This document shows, in pieces, positions 42,563 to 53,266 of a stretch of DNA of 64,000 bases. The notes beneath the pieces were generated by a model. It saw nothing but the letters and a program-made list of their open reading frames with translations. It searched no databases and was not told where the DNA came from. Position 1 is the first letter of the stretch. Each line of letters begins with the position of its first letter. Position numbers and translations under genes: made by a program. Origin of the DNA: an uncultured Nitrospina sp. (lineage in GTDB: Bacteria > Nitrospinota > Nitrospinia > Nitrospinales > VA-1); the NCBI GenBank assembly GCA_913045445.1, contig CAJWQP010000004.1, positions 1,402 through 65,401 of the forward strand, read 5' to 3'.

Positions 42563-43546
42563 TTATTGCTCACGAAAGATTTTGTACATGGATTCTCTAT
42601 TATCGAATCGGTACAGGCCTTCCTTTTGAGCGACGGTGATAGTTGCTTCCACCTCCTCATGGGTGATCTTGCGGTTTATTTCAGGATATTTCTCTGTGCC
42701 CACTTTGCCTGCCGGACGGTACTGAGACATGACATTGATATAGGTATGTGGAGAAACTTCCTGTGCGAGATGACGCATAATGTGGTGGGCATCTTTTACC
42801 GCATCGGGCATCACCAGGTGCCTGACCAGAACTCCGCGCCTGGCCAATCCATTTTCGTCAAAGACCAGATCGCCCACCTGCCGATGCATTTCTCCGATCA
42901 CCTGTCGGGCCGCATCCGGATAGTCTTTCGCGATCAGGTATTTTTTCGCAAGGTCAGCAGACCAGTATTTGAAATCGGGCATGTATATATCCACCACCCC
43001 GTCCATTAAGCGCATACTGTCCATGGAATCATACGCACCAGTGTTGTAAACCAGCGGAATGCGCAGTCCCAACTGCACCGCCAGGGGTAAAGCTTCCAGA
43101 ATTTGCGGGACGATATGTTCCGGTGTGACGAAGTTGATATTGTGGCAACCCTGTTTTTGCAGGTCGACCATCGTTAACGCGAGTTGCTCCGGTGTGACCT
43201 CGACTCCTTCTCCCTCTTGGCTGATGTCATGGTTCTGGCAGAACACGCACTTGAGGTTGCACATCGAAAAAAAGATCGTGCCGCTTCCATTAGTGTCTCG
43301 CAGACAATCCTCTTCCCCGAAATGAGGGAACGCGCATGAGACAATGGCGTGGCGTCCCGTTTTGCAGAGCGCCATTTCGTTTTCCAGACGGTTAACCTCG
43401 CAGTCCCTGGGGCAGACCTTGCAGTTTTGCAACAGTCTAATGGCCTCCCGTGAGCGGCGATACAACTCACCCGTTCGGAACAGTTCCATGTAGGCCGGTT
43501 CAAAATCCTCAGACCGGATGGTGAATGCGGGTGTGTCTTTGGACAT
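42563..43546 (-). CDS. radical SAM protein, PflX-like (pyruvate formate-lyase activase-related, function unknown)
   Basis: N-terminal Cys motif CKVCPRDCEVNR, radical-SAM cluster SMCNLKCVFCQNHDIS, and GCHNINFVTPEH, VYNTGAYDS, DIYMPDFKY, RHLVMP. The family assignment is from memory of COG1313-type sequences. Confidence 0.75.
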   Translation of the reverse strand: MSKDTPAFTIRSEDFEPAYMELFRTGELYRRSREAIRLLQNCKVCPRDCEVNRLENEMALCKTGRHAIVSCAFPHFGEEDCLRDTNGSGTIFFSMCNLKCVFCQNHDISQEGEGVEVTPEQLALTMVDLQKQGCHNINFVTPEHIVPQILEALPLAVQLGLRIPLVYNTGAYDSMDSMRLMDGVVDIYMPDFKYWSADLAKKYLIAKDYPDAARQVIGEMHRQVGDLVFDENGLARRGVLVRHLVMPDAVKDAHHIMRHLAQEVSPHTYINVMSQYRPAGKVGTEKYPEINRKITHEEVEATITVAQKEGLYRFDNRESMYKIFREQ

Positions 43547-43589
43547 GGTCTTTATAATTGCAAATGGTTTATAGTTAACAATAACACTT

Positions 43590-46500
43590 TTATATCCTGT
43601 TGATCCACAATGCGGTTATGCTCAGGGAGCGGCCTTCCTTTTCTACCCGCCCTTTCACGATGTAGGGGCCGCGGTCGTAAAGTAATGGACCGAATTGTTT
43701 GTAGGTTTTCGGAAACAGTGTCACCTCAAACGATGCGGTGGTATCTTCCAGCGTCATGAACTTCATCGGTTCATTTTTTGCCGTGCGTGTCCGCTTTGCG
43801 GTAACGAGCCAGCCCGCAAGAGTCACGATGCGTCCGGCGGATCGCGTAAGTTCCCGTGCATGGACCACGTCCTTGCCATTAATATCATACAAGGCCAGCA
43901 AATGGTCCGATACCGTCAGGTCCAGATGCTCCAGCTCGGCCAGCAGTTTTTCCCGGAGACCGTAGTCAGTCAACTTGAAGGAAACGCGAGGAAGCTCTGG
44001 TTGCGGGATTATTTTCTGCCTCGGCGTAAGCGCGAGGCAGTATTTCTTCCGGGCGTGGCCCGGCATTTTCCCATTCTTCAAAAATACCTTCAGTGTCCAA
44101 AGCATTTGCGGGCGAGAGGAGTCGAGCCCATCCAGCGCACCGCAACGGATGAGGGCGACTGCTCCTGGTTCGTCAATATCGGTTCGTGACAGGAAATCAA
44201 CAAGAGAAGCGTATGGTTTTTCCCGTCTGTTTTTCAGGATGGAGTCGATGGTGTTTTGCTGGAGTCCCTTCACTTGCGAAAGTCCGATGCGGATGAACGC
44301 ACCGTGTGCGGTGAATTCATCAAGACTGTGATTGACATGCGGTAGCAGGATGCCGATGCCCATACGCCGCGCCTCTTCAACATATGCGCAAGTGTCGTAG
44401 AATCCGCCCCGGTTGGACAGCACCGCCGCCATGAACTCAGCCGGATAATGTGTTTTCAGCCAGGCACTGCGGTACGATACCATTGCAAACGATGCGCTAT
44501 GCGCCTTGCAGAACGCGTAACCCGCGAAGCTTTCGATCTGCCGCCAGATTTCAAGCGCGGTACCGGTTGCCACCCCGCTGTCGGCCGCGCCGGAGAGAAA
44601 GCGCCGACGGTATGTGTTGATGTTTTCCCAGTCGCGTTTTTTACTCATGCATTTACGCAGACTGTCGGCTTCGCCCAGGCTCATCCCGGCGATGATGTGA
44701 GCGACTTTAATCACATCCTCCTGGTAGATCATCACGCCAAAAGTGTCCTTGAGTATCGCTTCCATTTTCGGGTGCAGGTAAGTTACCGGTTCTTTGCCAT
44801 TGTGGCGGTCGATAAAGGCTTTCATTATACCGCTGTCCGCGACGCCGGGTCGTATGATAGAACTGGCGGCGGTCAGCATGTCGAAGTCTCGCACTCCCAG
44901 TTTTTGCAGAAGGTTGCGCATCCCCGGCGACTCAATATAAAAACAGCCGACCGTATTTCCGTTCCATATCAGTTCGTGTGTTTTTTCATCCTGTGTCGAA
45001 TCAATGCGATCAAAATCGATGCGTGCGCCGTTCTTCGTTTCGACGGCGGTCAATGTGTCCGCGAGCACGGCCAGTCCCTTTTGCGCCAGCAGGTCTATTT
45101 TTAGCAGTCCCATATCCTCGACCGGGTACATATCGTATTGCGTCACAACAAATCCTTTTGGCGTTTTCTGAAGTGGAATGCGGTCGGTGATGGGAAACGG
45201 GCTGATCACAATTCCGCCGCAGTGAACCGACACATGGCGCGGGAACCCCTCGACACGCTGAGCCAGAGCAACCATCGAACGATACGGCTCGTCTTCCAGC
45301 GGCAAGTTGCGGCACTCGGGAATGGTTTGCCGGATTTCATCAAGCTGGGAAATTTCGGCAGAGTGCGGGAGCAGGGCCGTGAAACGGTCGATTTCTCCCG
45401 CAGAGATGCCAATGGCTTTTCCCACTTCACGGAGTGCCGATCGACCCCGGAAATGAATGTGTGAAGAGATCAACGCCACATGGTCGCGGCCATATTTTTC
45501 GAACACATAATCCAATATCTCATCACGCCGATTCCAGGGGAAGTCGATATCGATATCCGGGTAGTCGGTTCGTTCCAGATTCAAAAATCGCTCGAAGTAG
45601 AGGTTGTGCCGTATTGGGTCAACCTCGGTTATGTTGAGGGCGCGGCACACGAGGCTGTTGGCGGCAGAGCCCCGACCCACAGTCGGGATGTTGCGTGCAT
45701 GCGCTTCGCGAACGATATCCCAGACAATTAAAAAATAGGGAGCAAAATTCAGCTGGTTGATGATTCGTAATTCGTAACGGAGCCGCCGCGCCACCTCTGT
45801 CGGCACGGGGCCAGGGTAAAGCCGGGAGATTCCAGCACGGGCCAGTTTCCCAAGATAGGAAGAATGTGTTTCCCCGGCAGGTGACGCGAACGGAGGAAAA
45901 CTTGCGGTGCCGATTGGGAGTGTAACATCGCATTGCTCCGCGATTGTGAGCGTGTTGCGAATGGCATCAGGAACGTGCTGGAATAAACAGGCCATCTGTT
46001 CAGGTGATTTCATCCATCCATCCGGAGAAGCAATTTCGTTCGGCGGCACAGAGTGGATGGTCGTATTCGTCCGGATCGCTGACAGGAGGAGATGTGTTTC
46101 CCGATCTTTTGGCTGACGGAAAAAAACGCGGTTAGTAGCGACTACCGGCAGATTATTGTCGCGGGCAAACCGCAAAATATGTCTGTCTGGTGAATACGTA
46201 AGCTCGGCATACAGGTTTTGGCCGCCGCGTTTCCGGGCGATGTGGTTCAGTAAACCCGGGTCCGGGCAAAGTACAATAACGTTGTCACTCAACATTGCGA
46301 GCTGTTCAGCCAGGGAAAAGTCAGGGTCAAGCTGACGGGCGGTTATGGTACGGCAGATTTCGCCGAATCCAGCGAGGTTTTTCGCTAGCACTCCTGTGCG
46401 GAGGGCGGACTCACCCAGAGGATGCAAGTTGAGCTCCGGTATCTTTCTCATTATTTCCTCAGGGCGTAGCCCTGTGAGTTCTGCGCCGAAGATGGGCCGG

Positions 46501-46688
46501 ATACCCGCGCTCCGGGTCGCTCGATAAAATGCGACCGCGCCGTAGAGTCCGTTGGTATCCGTCAATGCCAGAGCTGGCGGTGCCAGAGCGGAGCATCCCA
46601 CATCAACTGCCGCACGAATGATGTCTTCAATACGATTGGCTCCAGCGAGAAAAGAGTAGTTGCTGTGGCAATTCAGGTGCACAAACAT
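43590..46688 (-). CDS. dnaE2: DNA polymerase III alpha-subunit family protein, DnaE2/ImuC-like by length and domain end
   Basis: PHP N-terminus MFVHLNCHSNYSFLAGA and polymerase motif YPDIDIDFPWNRRDEILDYV. An OB-fold-like segment sits near the C-terminus (LAGWLVTAKRTRTAKNEPMKFMTLEDTTASFEVTLF). The protein ends just after it at ~1030 aa, with no tau-binding tail. The track start TTG at 46718 is 10 codons upstream of the ATG at 46688. Confidence 0.75.
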   Translation of the reverse strand: MFVHLNCHSNYSFLAGANRIEDIIRAAVDVGCSALAPPALALTDTNGLYGAVAFYRATRSAGIRPIFGAELTGLRPEEIMRKIPELNLHPLGESALRTGVLAKNLAGFGEICRTITARQLDPDFSLAEQLAMLSDNVIVLCPDPGLLNHIARKRGGQNLYAELTYSPDRHILRFARDNNLPVVATNRVFFRQPKDRETHLLLSAIRTNTTIHSVPPNEIASPDGWMKSPEQMACLFQHVPDAIRNTLTIAEQCDVTLPIGTASFPPFASPAGETHSSYLGKLARAGISRLYPGPVPTEVARRLRYELRIINQLNFAPYFLIVWDIVREAHARNIPTVGRGSAANSLVCRALNITEVDPIRHNLYFERFLNLERTDYPDIDIDFPWNRRDEILDYVFEKYGRDHVALISSHIHFRGRSALREVGKAIGISAGEIDRFTALLPHSAEISQLDEIRQTIPECRNLPLEDEPYRSMVALAQRVEGFPRHVSVHCGGIVISPFPITDRIPLQKTPKGFVVTQYDMYPVEDMGLLKIDLLAQKGLAVLADTLTAVETKNGARIDFDRIDSTQDEKTHELIWNGNTVGCFYIESPGMRNLLQKLGVRDFDMLTAASSIIRPGVADSGIMKAFIDRHNGKEPVTYLHPKMEAILKDTFGVMIYQEDVIKVAHIIAGMSLGEADSLRKCMSKKRDWENINTYRRRFLSGAADSGVATGTALEIWRQIESFAGYAFCKAHSASFAMVSYRSAWLKTHYPAEFMAAVLSNRGGFYDTCAYVEEARRMGIGILLPHVNHSLDEFTAHGAFIRIGLSQVKGLQQNTIDSILKNRREKPYASLVDFLSRTDIDEPGAVALIRCGALDGLDSSRPQMLWTLKVFLKNGKMPGHARKKYCLALTPRQKIIPQPELPRVSFKLTDYGLREKLLAELEHLDLTVSDHLLALYDINGKDVVHARELTRSAGRIVTLAGWLVTAKRTRTAKNEPMKFMTLEDTTASFEVTLFPKTYKQFGPLLYDRGPYIVKGRVEKEGRSLSITALWINRI

Positions 46689-46860
46689 AGGCGAATAAAT
46701 AGCGAAAATATGAGGCAAAAAAAATGGCCTCAGTTGTTTTTACAGAGGTTAGCCAATCATACGTTAGAATCGGACAGGGGTCAAGCCGGGGGAGAAGTTT
46801 ATAGGTTTAGGCGGATTACTTAAGATGGAGAAATCCCCGCCAGGGTGCAAGAAAAAACTA

Positions 46861-46889
46861 TTGACAACTCAATGGGCAACCGATACATT
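46861..46889 (+). promoter_or_regulatory. candidate sigma70-type promoter of rho
   Basis: TTGACA (46861-46866), a 17-nt spacer, then TACATT (46884-46889). It implies a ~200-nt leader. Confidence 0.45.
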
Positions 46890-46890
46890 G

Positions 46891-47098
46891 TCGGAGAACT
46901 CCAAAAGCTTCCTAATAATTAAATCCCTAAAACACCTAGAAAAGCTAGCACGCCTCAGTGTCCTGCACTGATTCCATAATATTAAAGATATCCAGAAACT
47001 GCGAATCTATCCTCTTTAAAAAAATCGAACGAAATAACCATCGCATAAAAATCTAAATCCAACCCAACTATCAACTCTCCACTAATAAAACCACGTCC
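46891..47098 (+). promoter_or_regulatory. C-rich, G-poor rho leader (rut-like; possible autoregulatory attenuator)
   Basis: By hand count the 208 nt contain about 57 C and about 20 G. The last ~110 nt have very few G. Confidence 0.4.
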
Positions 47099-48349
47099 AT
47101 GAATATTGAAGATTTAAAATCCAAGACCATTTCCGAACTCACTAACATTGCAAAAGAACTCAAAATTCAAGGGCACAGTGGACTGCGCAAGCAGGACCTG
47201 ATCTTTAAGATTCTTGAAGCCAAGACCGAAAAAGACGGTTTGATGTTTGGGCAGGGGGTTTTGGAAATTTTACCTGACGGGTTTGGTTTTCTCCGTGCCC
47301 CGACTTACAACTATCTGCCGGGTCCGGATGACATTTATGTATCGCCATCGCAGATTCGAAAGTTCGATATGCGTACCGGGGACACGATTTCCGGGCAGAT
47401 TCGTCCGCCGAAGGAAAGTGAACGCTATTTCGCCCTGCTCAAAGTCGAGGCCATTAACTTTGAGAATCCGGGAAAAACAAAAGATAAGATTCTGTTTGAT
47501 AACCTGACCCCGCTTTATCCTGAAGAGCGTATTCGCCTGGAAACGCCGAATGGCAAGGATTACAGCGCGCGTATCATGGATCTGATGACGCCGATAGGGA
47601 AAGGACAGCGCGGGTTGATAGTGGCTCCGCCGAGAACCGGTAAAACCATGCTGTTGCAGTCGATCGCGAACAGCATCAGCACCAATTTCCCGGAAGTCGT
47701 TCTCATTGTTCTGTTGATTGACGAGCGGCCTGAAGAGGTGACGGACATGAGCCGTTCAGTGAAAGGCGAGGTCATCAGTTCCACCTTCGACGAACCGGCA
47801 CAGAGACACGTTCAAGTTGCGGAAATGGTGATTGAGAAGGCAAAGAGGCTGGTCGAGCATAAGCGGGATGTTGTCATTCTACTGGACAGTATCACGCGAC
47901 TGGCCAGAGCCTACAATGCCATCGTGCCGCCAAGCGGCAAAGTCCTTTCAGGTGGTGTGGATTCCAATGCCCTGCAACGTCCCAAACGCTTTTTTGGCGC
48001 GGCCCGAAATCTTGAAGAGGGCGGTAGCCTGACCATCATCGCAACCGCACTGATCGATACCGGCAGTCGGATGGACGATGTTATTTTTGAAGAATTCAAA
48101 GGCACAGGTAACATGGAAATCGTTCTCGACAGAAAACTGGCCGAAAAACGAACCTTCCCGTCCATTGACATCAATAAGTCTGGAACGCGGAAAGAGGAAC
48201 TCCTGCTACCCCCGGAAGATTTACAGAGAATATGGCTCCTGAGAAAAGTTTTGCTCCCTATGGGCATTCATGATACGATGGACCTCCTCCTGCAAAAGAT
48301 GAAGGAAACAGAAACCAATTCAGAGTTCTTGTCGACTATGAACTCATAA
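47099..48349 (+). CDS. rho: transcription termination factor Rho
   Basis: N-terminus [18 protein letters not shown] and RNA-binding segment [14 protein letters not shown]. Also Walker A PPRTGKT and [28 protein letters not shown]. Confidence 0.98.
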   Translation: MNIEDLKSKTISELTNIAKELKIQGHSGLRKQDLIFKILEAKTEKDGLMFGQGVLEILPDGFGFLRAPTYNYLPGPDDIYVSPSQIRKFDMRTGDTISGQIRPPKESERYFALLKVEAINFENPGKTKDKILFDNLTPLYPEERIRLETPNGKDYSARIMDLMTPIGKGQRGLIVAPPRTGKTMLLQSIANSISTNFPEVVLIVLLIDERPEEVTDMSRSVKGEVISSTFDEPAQRHVQVAEMVIEKAKRLVEHKRDVVILLDSITRLARAYNAIVPPSGKVLSGGVDSNALQRPKRFFGAARNLEEGGSLTIIATALIDTGSRMDDVIFEEFKGTGNMEIVLDRKLAEKRTFPSIDINKSGTRKEELLLPPEDLQRIWLLRKVLLPMGIHDTMDLLLQKMKETETNSEFLSTMNS

Positions 48350-48360
48350 CGAGAGAGACT

Positions 48361-48600
48361 ATGAAAGCAGATATTCATCCAGATTACTTTGAAACCAGTG
48401 TACGGTGTGCCTGTGGGAATGAGGTTCAGGTTCACTCTACCGTGAAAGATATTCATATCGATATTTGTTCACAATGCCACCCGTTTTATACCGGGAAACA
48501 GAAACTTATCGATACTGCGGGACGTATTGAAAAATTCAACCGCAAATACGGCAAGACCAAGGCTCCAGTAGCAGAAGAAAAAGCCGCCGCACCCGAATAG
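48361..48600 (+). CDS. rpmE: 50S ribosomal protein L31 (Cys4 form)
   Basis: Contains [27 protein letters not shown]...[13 protein letters not shown]. Confidence 0.96.
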   Translation: MKADIHPDYFETSVRCACGNEVQVHSTVKDIHIDICSQCHPFYTGKQKLIDTAGRIEKFNRKYGKTKAPVAEEKAAAPE

Positions 48601-48700
48601 CTTCCCTCCCGCCCACTCCGGGCCTTTCGATGAGCTTGTCATTTTCGGTAAGCTCCTTATGATCCAAACAAGACTAACTCTCTAAAACCACCGCCCTCTC

Positions 48701-49768
48701 ATGTTTGCCAAACTGGAAGAAGTCGAAAAACGATATGAGTTTTTGAACGAACGGATGAGTGACCCTGAAGTCATCGCCAGGCAGCCAGAGTTCCAGCAAT
48801 ACGCCCGCGAGCAATCTGAATTGACTCCGGTTGTCGGCGAGTTTCGCCGTTACAAAAAATTTCAGCATGAACTGGAGGGCAACGAAAAAATCCTGGAAGA
48901 GGAAACAGACGAAGAAATTCTGGCTATGGCGAACGAAGAGGCTGCTAAACTAAAAAAGCAGATGGCTGAGTCGGAGGAACGGATCAAAATAATGCTCTTG
49001 CCAAAAGACTCCCGCGATGAACGCAGTGTCATTATGGAAATTCGTGCCGGGACAGGGGGAGACGAAGCATCGCTGTTCGCCGCCGACCTGTTTCGTATGT
49101 ACTCTCGTTATGCAGAGTCTAAAAAATGGGTAACAGAAATTCTGAGTCAGAACGAAACGGGCAAAGGTGGATTCAAAGAAGTCATCCTCAATATTCAGGG
49201 CAAGGGAGTTTACAGCAAATTAAAATATGAAGGTGGAACTCATCGGGTGCAACGGGTTCCAGAAACAGAAAGCCAGGGAAGGGTGCACACCTCGGCGGTT
49301 ACGGTGGCCATTATGCCGCAAGTGGATGAGGTGGATATCAGTATCAATCCGAATGATCTTAAGGTCGATGTTTTTCGCTCCTCAGGTCCGGGTGGCCAAA
49401 GTGTCAATACCACTGATTCAGCGGTGCGCATCAACCATGTGCCAAGCGGTTTGGTCGTTACTTGTCAGGATGAAAAGTCACAACATAAAAACAGGGACAA
49501 AGCGATGAAAGTTCTTCGCGCTCGCCTGTATGATCTTGAGCAAAGCAAGCAACAGGATGAACTGGCTCGTGAGCGAAAAGAACAAGTCGGGTCGGGGGAC
49601 CGCAGTGGACGAATTCGAACCTACAACTTTCCCCAGGAGCGAATCACAGATCACCGCATAGGACTCACTCTGCATAAACTCACCCTGATGCTTCAGGGCG
49701 ACCTGACCGAAATGATTGATGCGCTCATAGTTCATTATCAGGCAGAAGCTCTTAAAAAAAGCAACTGA
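48701..49768 (+). CDS. prfA: peptide chain release factor 1
   Basis: Contains [23 protein letters not shown] (PxT-type tripeptide region) and [23 protein letters not shown]. There is no internal frameshift site of the prfB type. Confidence 0.96.
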   Translation: MFAKLEEVEKRYEFLNERMSDPEVIARQPEFQQYAREQSELTPVVGEFRRYKKFQHELEGNEKILEEETDEEILAMANEEAAKLKKQMAESEERIKIMLLPKDSRDERSVIMEIRAGTGGDEASLFAADLFRMYSRYAESKKWVTEILSQNETGKGGFKEVILNIQGKGVYSKLKYEGGTHRVQRVPETESQGRVHTSAVTVAIMPQVDEVDISINPNDLKVDVFRSSGPGGQSVNTTDSAVRINHVPSGLVVTCQDEKSQHKNRDKAMKVLRARLYDLEQSKQQDELARERKEQVGSGDRSGRIRTYNFPQERITDHRIGLTLHKLTLMLQGDLTEMIDALIVHYQAEALKKSN

Positions 49769-49804
49769 CCACCCAGGACAACCAATACAGCAGAGGAGCC
49801 AGCC

Positions 49805-50677
49805 ATGAAAGCTTTTCTCGAATGGTCGATAGATCGTTTGACTCAAGCGGGGGTCGATTCGCCACGAATGGAGGCTGAAGTGCTTCTGGCTGGAGCTTTG
49901 GGATTTGGTCGCGAAGAAATTTACCGTAGGCCGGAGCGAATTCTCAATGAAGATGAAAAATCTGTTTCGCGCGATTTTGTGGGCCGTCGTGTGCGGCGGG
50001 AACCGGTAGCACATATTCTTGGACACCGGGAGTTCTGGTCTCTCGATTTTAAAATCACACCAGACGTTCTCATTCCCCGCCCGGAAACAGAAACCCTGAT
50101 CGAAACCCTGCTGAAGTTGCAAGCTAAGTTGAACGCCGAAGCTTCGACAGGTCAAGTAAGGCGTTTGCTGGACATAGGAACCGGATCAGGTATCATTGCT
50201 GTGGTAGCGGCAAGGGAAATTACCGATTGCCGGGTGACGGCGACTGACCTTTCACCGGACGCACTGGTCGTGGCCAGAGAAAATGCTGATACGCATGATG
50301 TGTCCGATCAAATCAATTTTATACAGGGCGACCTGTTTGCCGAGGTCCCTGAAACGCTTTATGATTTTATTGTATCGAATCCGCCCTATATAGAAACCAA
50401 ACGCCTGCCAGACCTCATGCCGGATGTGCGCAACTTCGAACCAACTGCCGCGCTTGATGGGGGTGTGGATGGATTGGATTTTTACAGGCGTATAATTTCC
50501 AAGGCATCGGATTATCTCAAAGAGGGAGGTGGGCTGGTTTTTGAAATCGGTGAAACCCAGGCCGAAGCGGTGAGCCGTTTGTTTTGCGCTGAAGATAAAT
50601 ATGAAACCGTAAATGTGACAAAGGACTATAGCGGGTATGACCGCGTTGTGTTCGCAAGGAAACGAACGAATGGATAA
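49805..50677 (+). CDS. prmC: release-factor glutamine N5-methyltransferase
   Basis: SAM motif LDIGTGSGIIAV and catalytic VSNPPYI. Its position after prfA is conserved. Confidence 0.92.
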   Translation: MKAFLEWSIDRLTQAGVDSPRMEAEVLLAGALGFGREEIYRRPERILNEDEKSVSRDFVGRRVRREPVAHILGHREFWSLDFKITPDVLIPRPETETLIETLLKLQAKLNAEASTGQVRRLLDIGTGSGIIAVVAAREITDCRVTATDLSPDALVVARENADTHDVSDQINFIQGDLFAEVPETLYDFIVSNPPYIETKRLPDLMPDVRNFEPTAALDGGVDGLDFYRRIISKASDYLKEGGGLVFEIGETQAEAVSRLFCAEDKYETVNVTKDYSGYDRVVFARKRTNG

Positions 50678-51923
50678 GATTATTATAGAAGGAAGCCAAC
50701 GTCTCAAGGGTGAGTTGGAAATCAGCGGCGCTAAGAATGCGGTCCTGCCCGTCATGGCGGCAATGATTCTTACCGCCGGTTTGAATAAAATCACCGGAGT
50801 TCCCCGTGTTCGCGATGTGACTACCATGCTCCATTTGCTCAACGACCTTGGCGGTCGTACAGAAGAATTTGAAGAGGACCGCATCTCTCTTGATACGACA
50901 GATATAAACAATTACGAAGCGCCTTATGACCTTGTGTCTACCATGCGTGCGTCCTGCCTCGTGTTGGGTCCGCTTCTCGCACGATTGGGCAAAGCCAAAG
51001 TTTCGCTTCCAGGAGGATGTGCCATAGGCGCGCGGCCTCTGGATCTTCATATAAGAGGATTGGAAGCGATGGGGGCAGAGATCAAGCTTGAGAAGGGCTA
51101 TATTTATGGCAGTGTGGAACGCCTTCAGGGGACAAGATATTATTTTGATACTGTTTCTGTCACTGGCACTGCCAACCTGATGATGGCCGCGACCCTGGCC
51201 GAGGGCGAGACGGTTCTGGAAAATGTTGCTAAGGAACCCGAGGTGGTATTTCTTGCTGATGTTCTAAACAAGTGTGGAGCAAAGATTGAAGGTCAGGGTA
51301 CAGATATCATGGTTATACAGGGAGTTTCGGCACTGAAACCGATTGAATGCCGAATTTTTCCGGATAGAATCGAAACAGGTACCTACATGATCGCTTCCGC
51401 AATCACGGGAGGTGATGTTAATATTATTAACTGTATACCGTCTCAGGTTGAAACTTTGACTCTTAAGCTTCGGCAGGCAGGGGTTATTGTAGAAGAGGCC
51501 GCGACAAGCATCCGTGTGATTGGCGATGGACCGTTCAACGGGGTCAATTTAAAGACCCAACCTCACCCCGGATTCGCGACCGACCTGCAGGCTCAGTTCA
51601 TGGCTCTAATGACACTGGCGCGGGGACAGAGTATTATTTTGGAAACCGTATTTGAAAACAGGTTCATGCACGCGGCGGAACTCAACCGGATGGGGGCGAA
51701 CATAACCGTTCAGGGACACACAGCTGTTGTGAGCGGAGTCAAACGATTGAGCGGAGCGCCTCTGATGGCAACAGACTTGCGGGCAAGCGCCTCACTTGTG
51801 TTGGCGGCGCTGGCGGCCGAAGGAGAGTCCATCATCTCCCGTGTTTATCATATTGATCGCGGATACTTTGGCATGGAAAAAAAACTTTCACGGTTAGGCG
51901 CTAAAATCCGCCGTAAAAAATAA
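50670..51923 (+). CDS. murA: UDP-N-acetylglucosamine 1-carboxyvinyltransferase
   Basis: The ATG at 50670 gives MDKIIIEGSQRLKGELEISGAKNAVLPVMAA. Also LPGGCAIGARPLDLH with the catalytic Cys. It overlaps the prmC end by 8 nt. Confidence 0.97.
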   Translation: MDKIIIEGSQRLKGELEISGAKNAVLPVMAAMILTAGLNKITGVPRVRDVTTMLHLLNDLGGRTEEFEEDRISLDTTDINNYEAPYDLVSTMRASCLVLGPLLARLGKAKVSLPGGCAIGARPLDLHIRGLEAMGAEIKLEKGYIYGSVERLQGTRYYFDTVSVTGTANLMMAATLAEGETVLENVAKEPEVVFLADVLNKCGAKIEGQGTDIMVIQGVSALKPIECRIFPDRIETGTYMIASAITGGDVNIINCIPSQVETLTLKLRQAGVIVEEAATSIRVIGDGPFNGVNLKTQPHPGFATDLQAQFMALMTLARGQSIILETVFENRFMHAAELNRMGANITVQGHTAVVSGVKRLSGAPLMATDLRASASLVLAALAAEGESIISRVYHIDRGYFGMEKKLSRLGAKIRRKK

Positions 51924-51965
51924 AAGAAATTATCCCAGAGAAAACCACCCCTGAACCTGAGGGCC

Positions 51966-53060
51966 ATGGAAGATAACACCAAACTATCGCTGGACGAAGA
52001 AGAGATCTATCATATCGCGCTGTGGATGCCCAACTGGATCGGCGATGTTATTTTATCCCTTCCTGCGTTACAAAGCTTGCGCACACGTTTTCCCGGCACC
52101 CGAATCACCGCTATCGTCAGAGCTCCGTCTGACGAGTTGTTGTCGGGTTGCCCGGCGGTGGACAGTGTCATCCAGTTTCCCAGAAAGAAGGGAGATGGAT
52201 ATGTCAAGCAGTGTAATTACGCACGCGGACTGAGGAAATATCGCTTTGACCTGGGAATTATTTTTCCCAATTCACTGCACAGCGCCATGATGATGAAGCT
52301 CGCAGGGGCCAGGTTTCGTGTGGGCTATTCAACTGACGCACGCTGGCCTTTTCTCACCCATACTTTGCCCGTCACCAAGAAGGAAAGAAAAACCTCATAC
52401 CGCGTCAATTATTTTCATAATATACTTTCGCCGTTGAACCCGGACCCTGTATCCAGTCATTATGACCCCATGTGGAAGCAGGAGGACGGGGTAGATACAG
52501 AGGAGACCTTGTTTAAAGTGGGGGTGGATAATAATGGTTTTTTGGTAACCCTTCATCCAGGAACCTCCAAACCTGAACGCGCCTGGCATGTAGAACGATT
52601 TGGCATACTTTGCCAGAAACTCATCAAACAGCATCGTATGAAGATCGTCCTTCTCGGCACTCAGAAGGAGAGGCCATTGCTTAAAAAGATCAGCGAGTTT
52701 TGTCCCGCAGGGATGACAACCATAGTTCCAGAACTCAATCTTCACGAAATCACTCAACTGATAGCTGTGAGTCGGCTGTTCATTGGTAATGACAGCGGGA
52801 TGATGCATCTGGCATCGCTCGTGGGAACTCCGGTGGTCGGTATATTTGGTCCGGGGCATCCAGAAACGACAGGGCCTTTTCTCGCTTCCGAGAAACATGA
52901 AACGGTCACCCGCAATTATCCCTGTTCGCCCTGTCGTCAACGATTTTTCAATGAGTGCAAACCCTCGCCTCATCACAAACCCTATTGTCTGGAAGATATC
53001 AGCGTAAAAGATGTTTCCGAGGCGGTCGAACGCATCGTCAAGCGCCTGCAATTGCGATAA
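51966..53060 (+). CDS. glycosyltransferase family 9 (LPS heptosyltransferase, WaaF/RfaF-like)
   Basis: Motifs MPNWIGDVILSLPALQSL, HPGTSKPERAW and GNDSGMMHLASLVGTPVVGIFGP. The specific acceptor is not assignable. Confidence 0.8.
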   Translation: MEDNTKLSLDEEEIYHIALWMPNWIGDVILSLPALQSLRTRFPGTRITAIVRAPSDELLSGCPAVDSVIQFPRKKGDGYVKQCNYARGLRKYRFDLGIIFPNSLHSAMMMKLAGARFRVGYSTDARWPFLTHTLPVTKKERKTSYRVNYFHNILSPLNPDPVSSHYDPMWKQEDGVDTEETLFKVGVDNNGFLVTLHPGTSKPERAWHVERFGILCQKLIKQHRMKIVLLGTQKERPLLKKISEFCPAGMTTIVPELNLHEITQLIAVSRLFIGNDSGMMHLASLVGTPVVGIFGPGHPETTGPFLASEKHETVTRNYPCSPCRQRFFNECKPSPHHKPYCLEDISVKDVSEAVERIVKRLQLR

Positions 53061-53266
53061 CAAAGGTTTCCTTCCTGTTGACTAATGAGTGCAGCTGAGT
53101 CAAAATGACGCTTCAAGATGCCTTCGGTATCCGATTAAGGCTTTATTGAACTAAAAATCATTTATCCTTCCTGAAAAATATTCAAAAATTTCTTACAGAA
53201 TGTTTGCGTTCAAACCTTATTGGACCTATTTTAATCCTGGAAGTTTCGATCAATAGAGGTGAGTTT

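Noticed and set aside
46709-46760. Possible LexA/SOS box or terminator upstream of the DnaE2-like gene
   Set aside because: Two near-palindromes are present: cctcagttgtttttacagagg, and the gaggc-N10-gcctc hairpin at about 46711-46730. Neither matches CTGT-N8-ACAG or GAAC-N4-GTTC consensus boxes. No plus-strand transcript is expected to end here. I left this as unexplained structure only.
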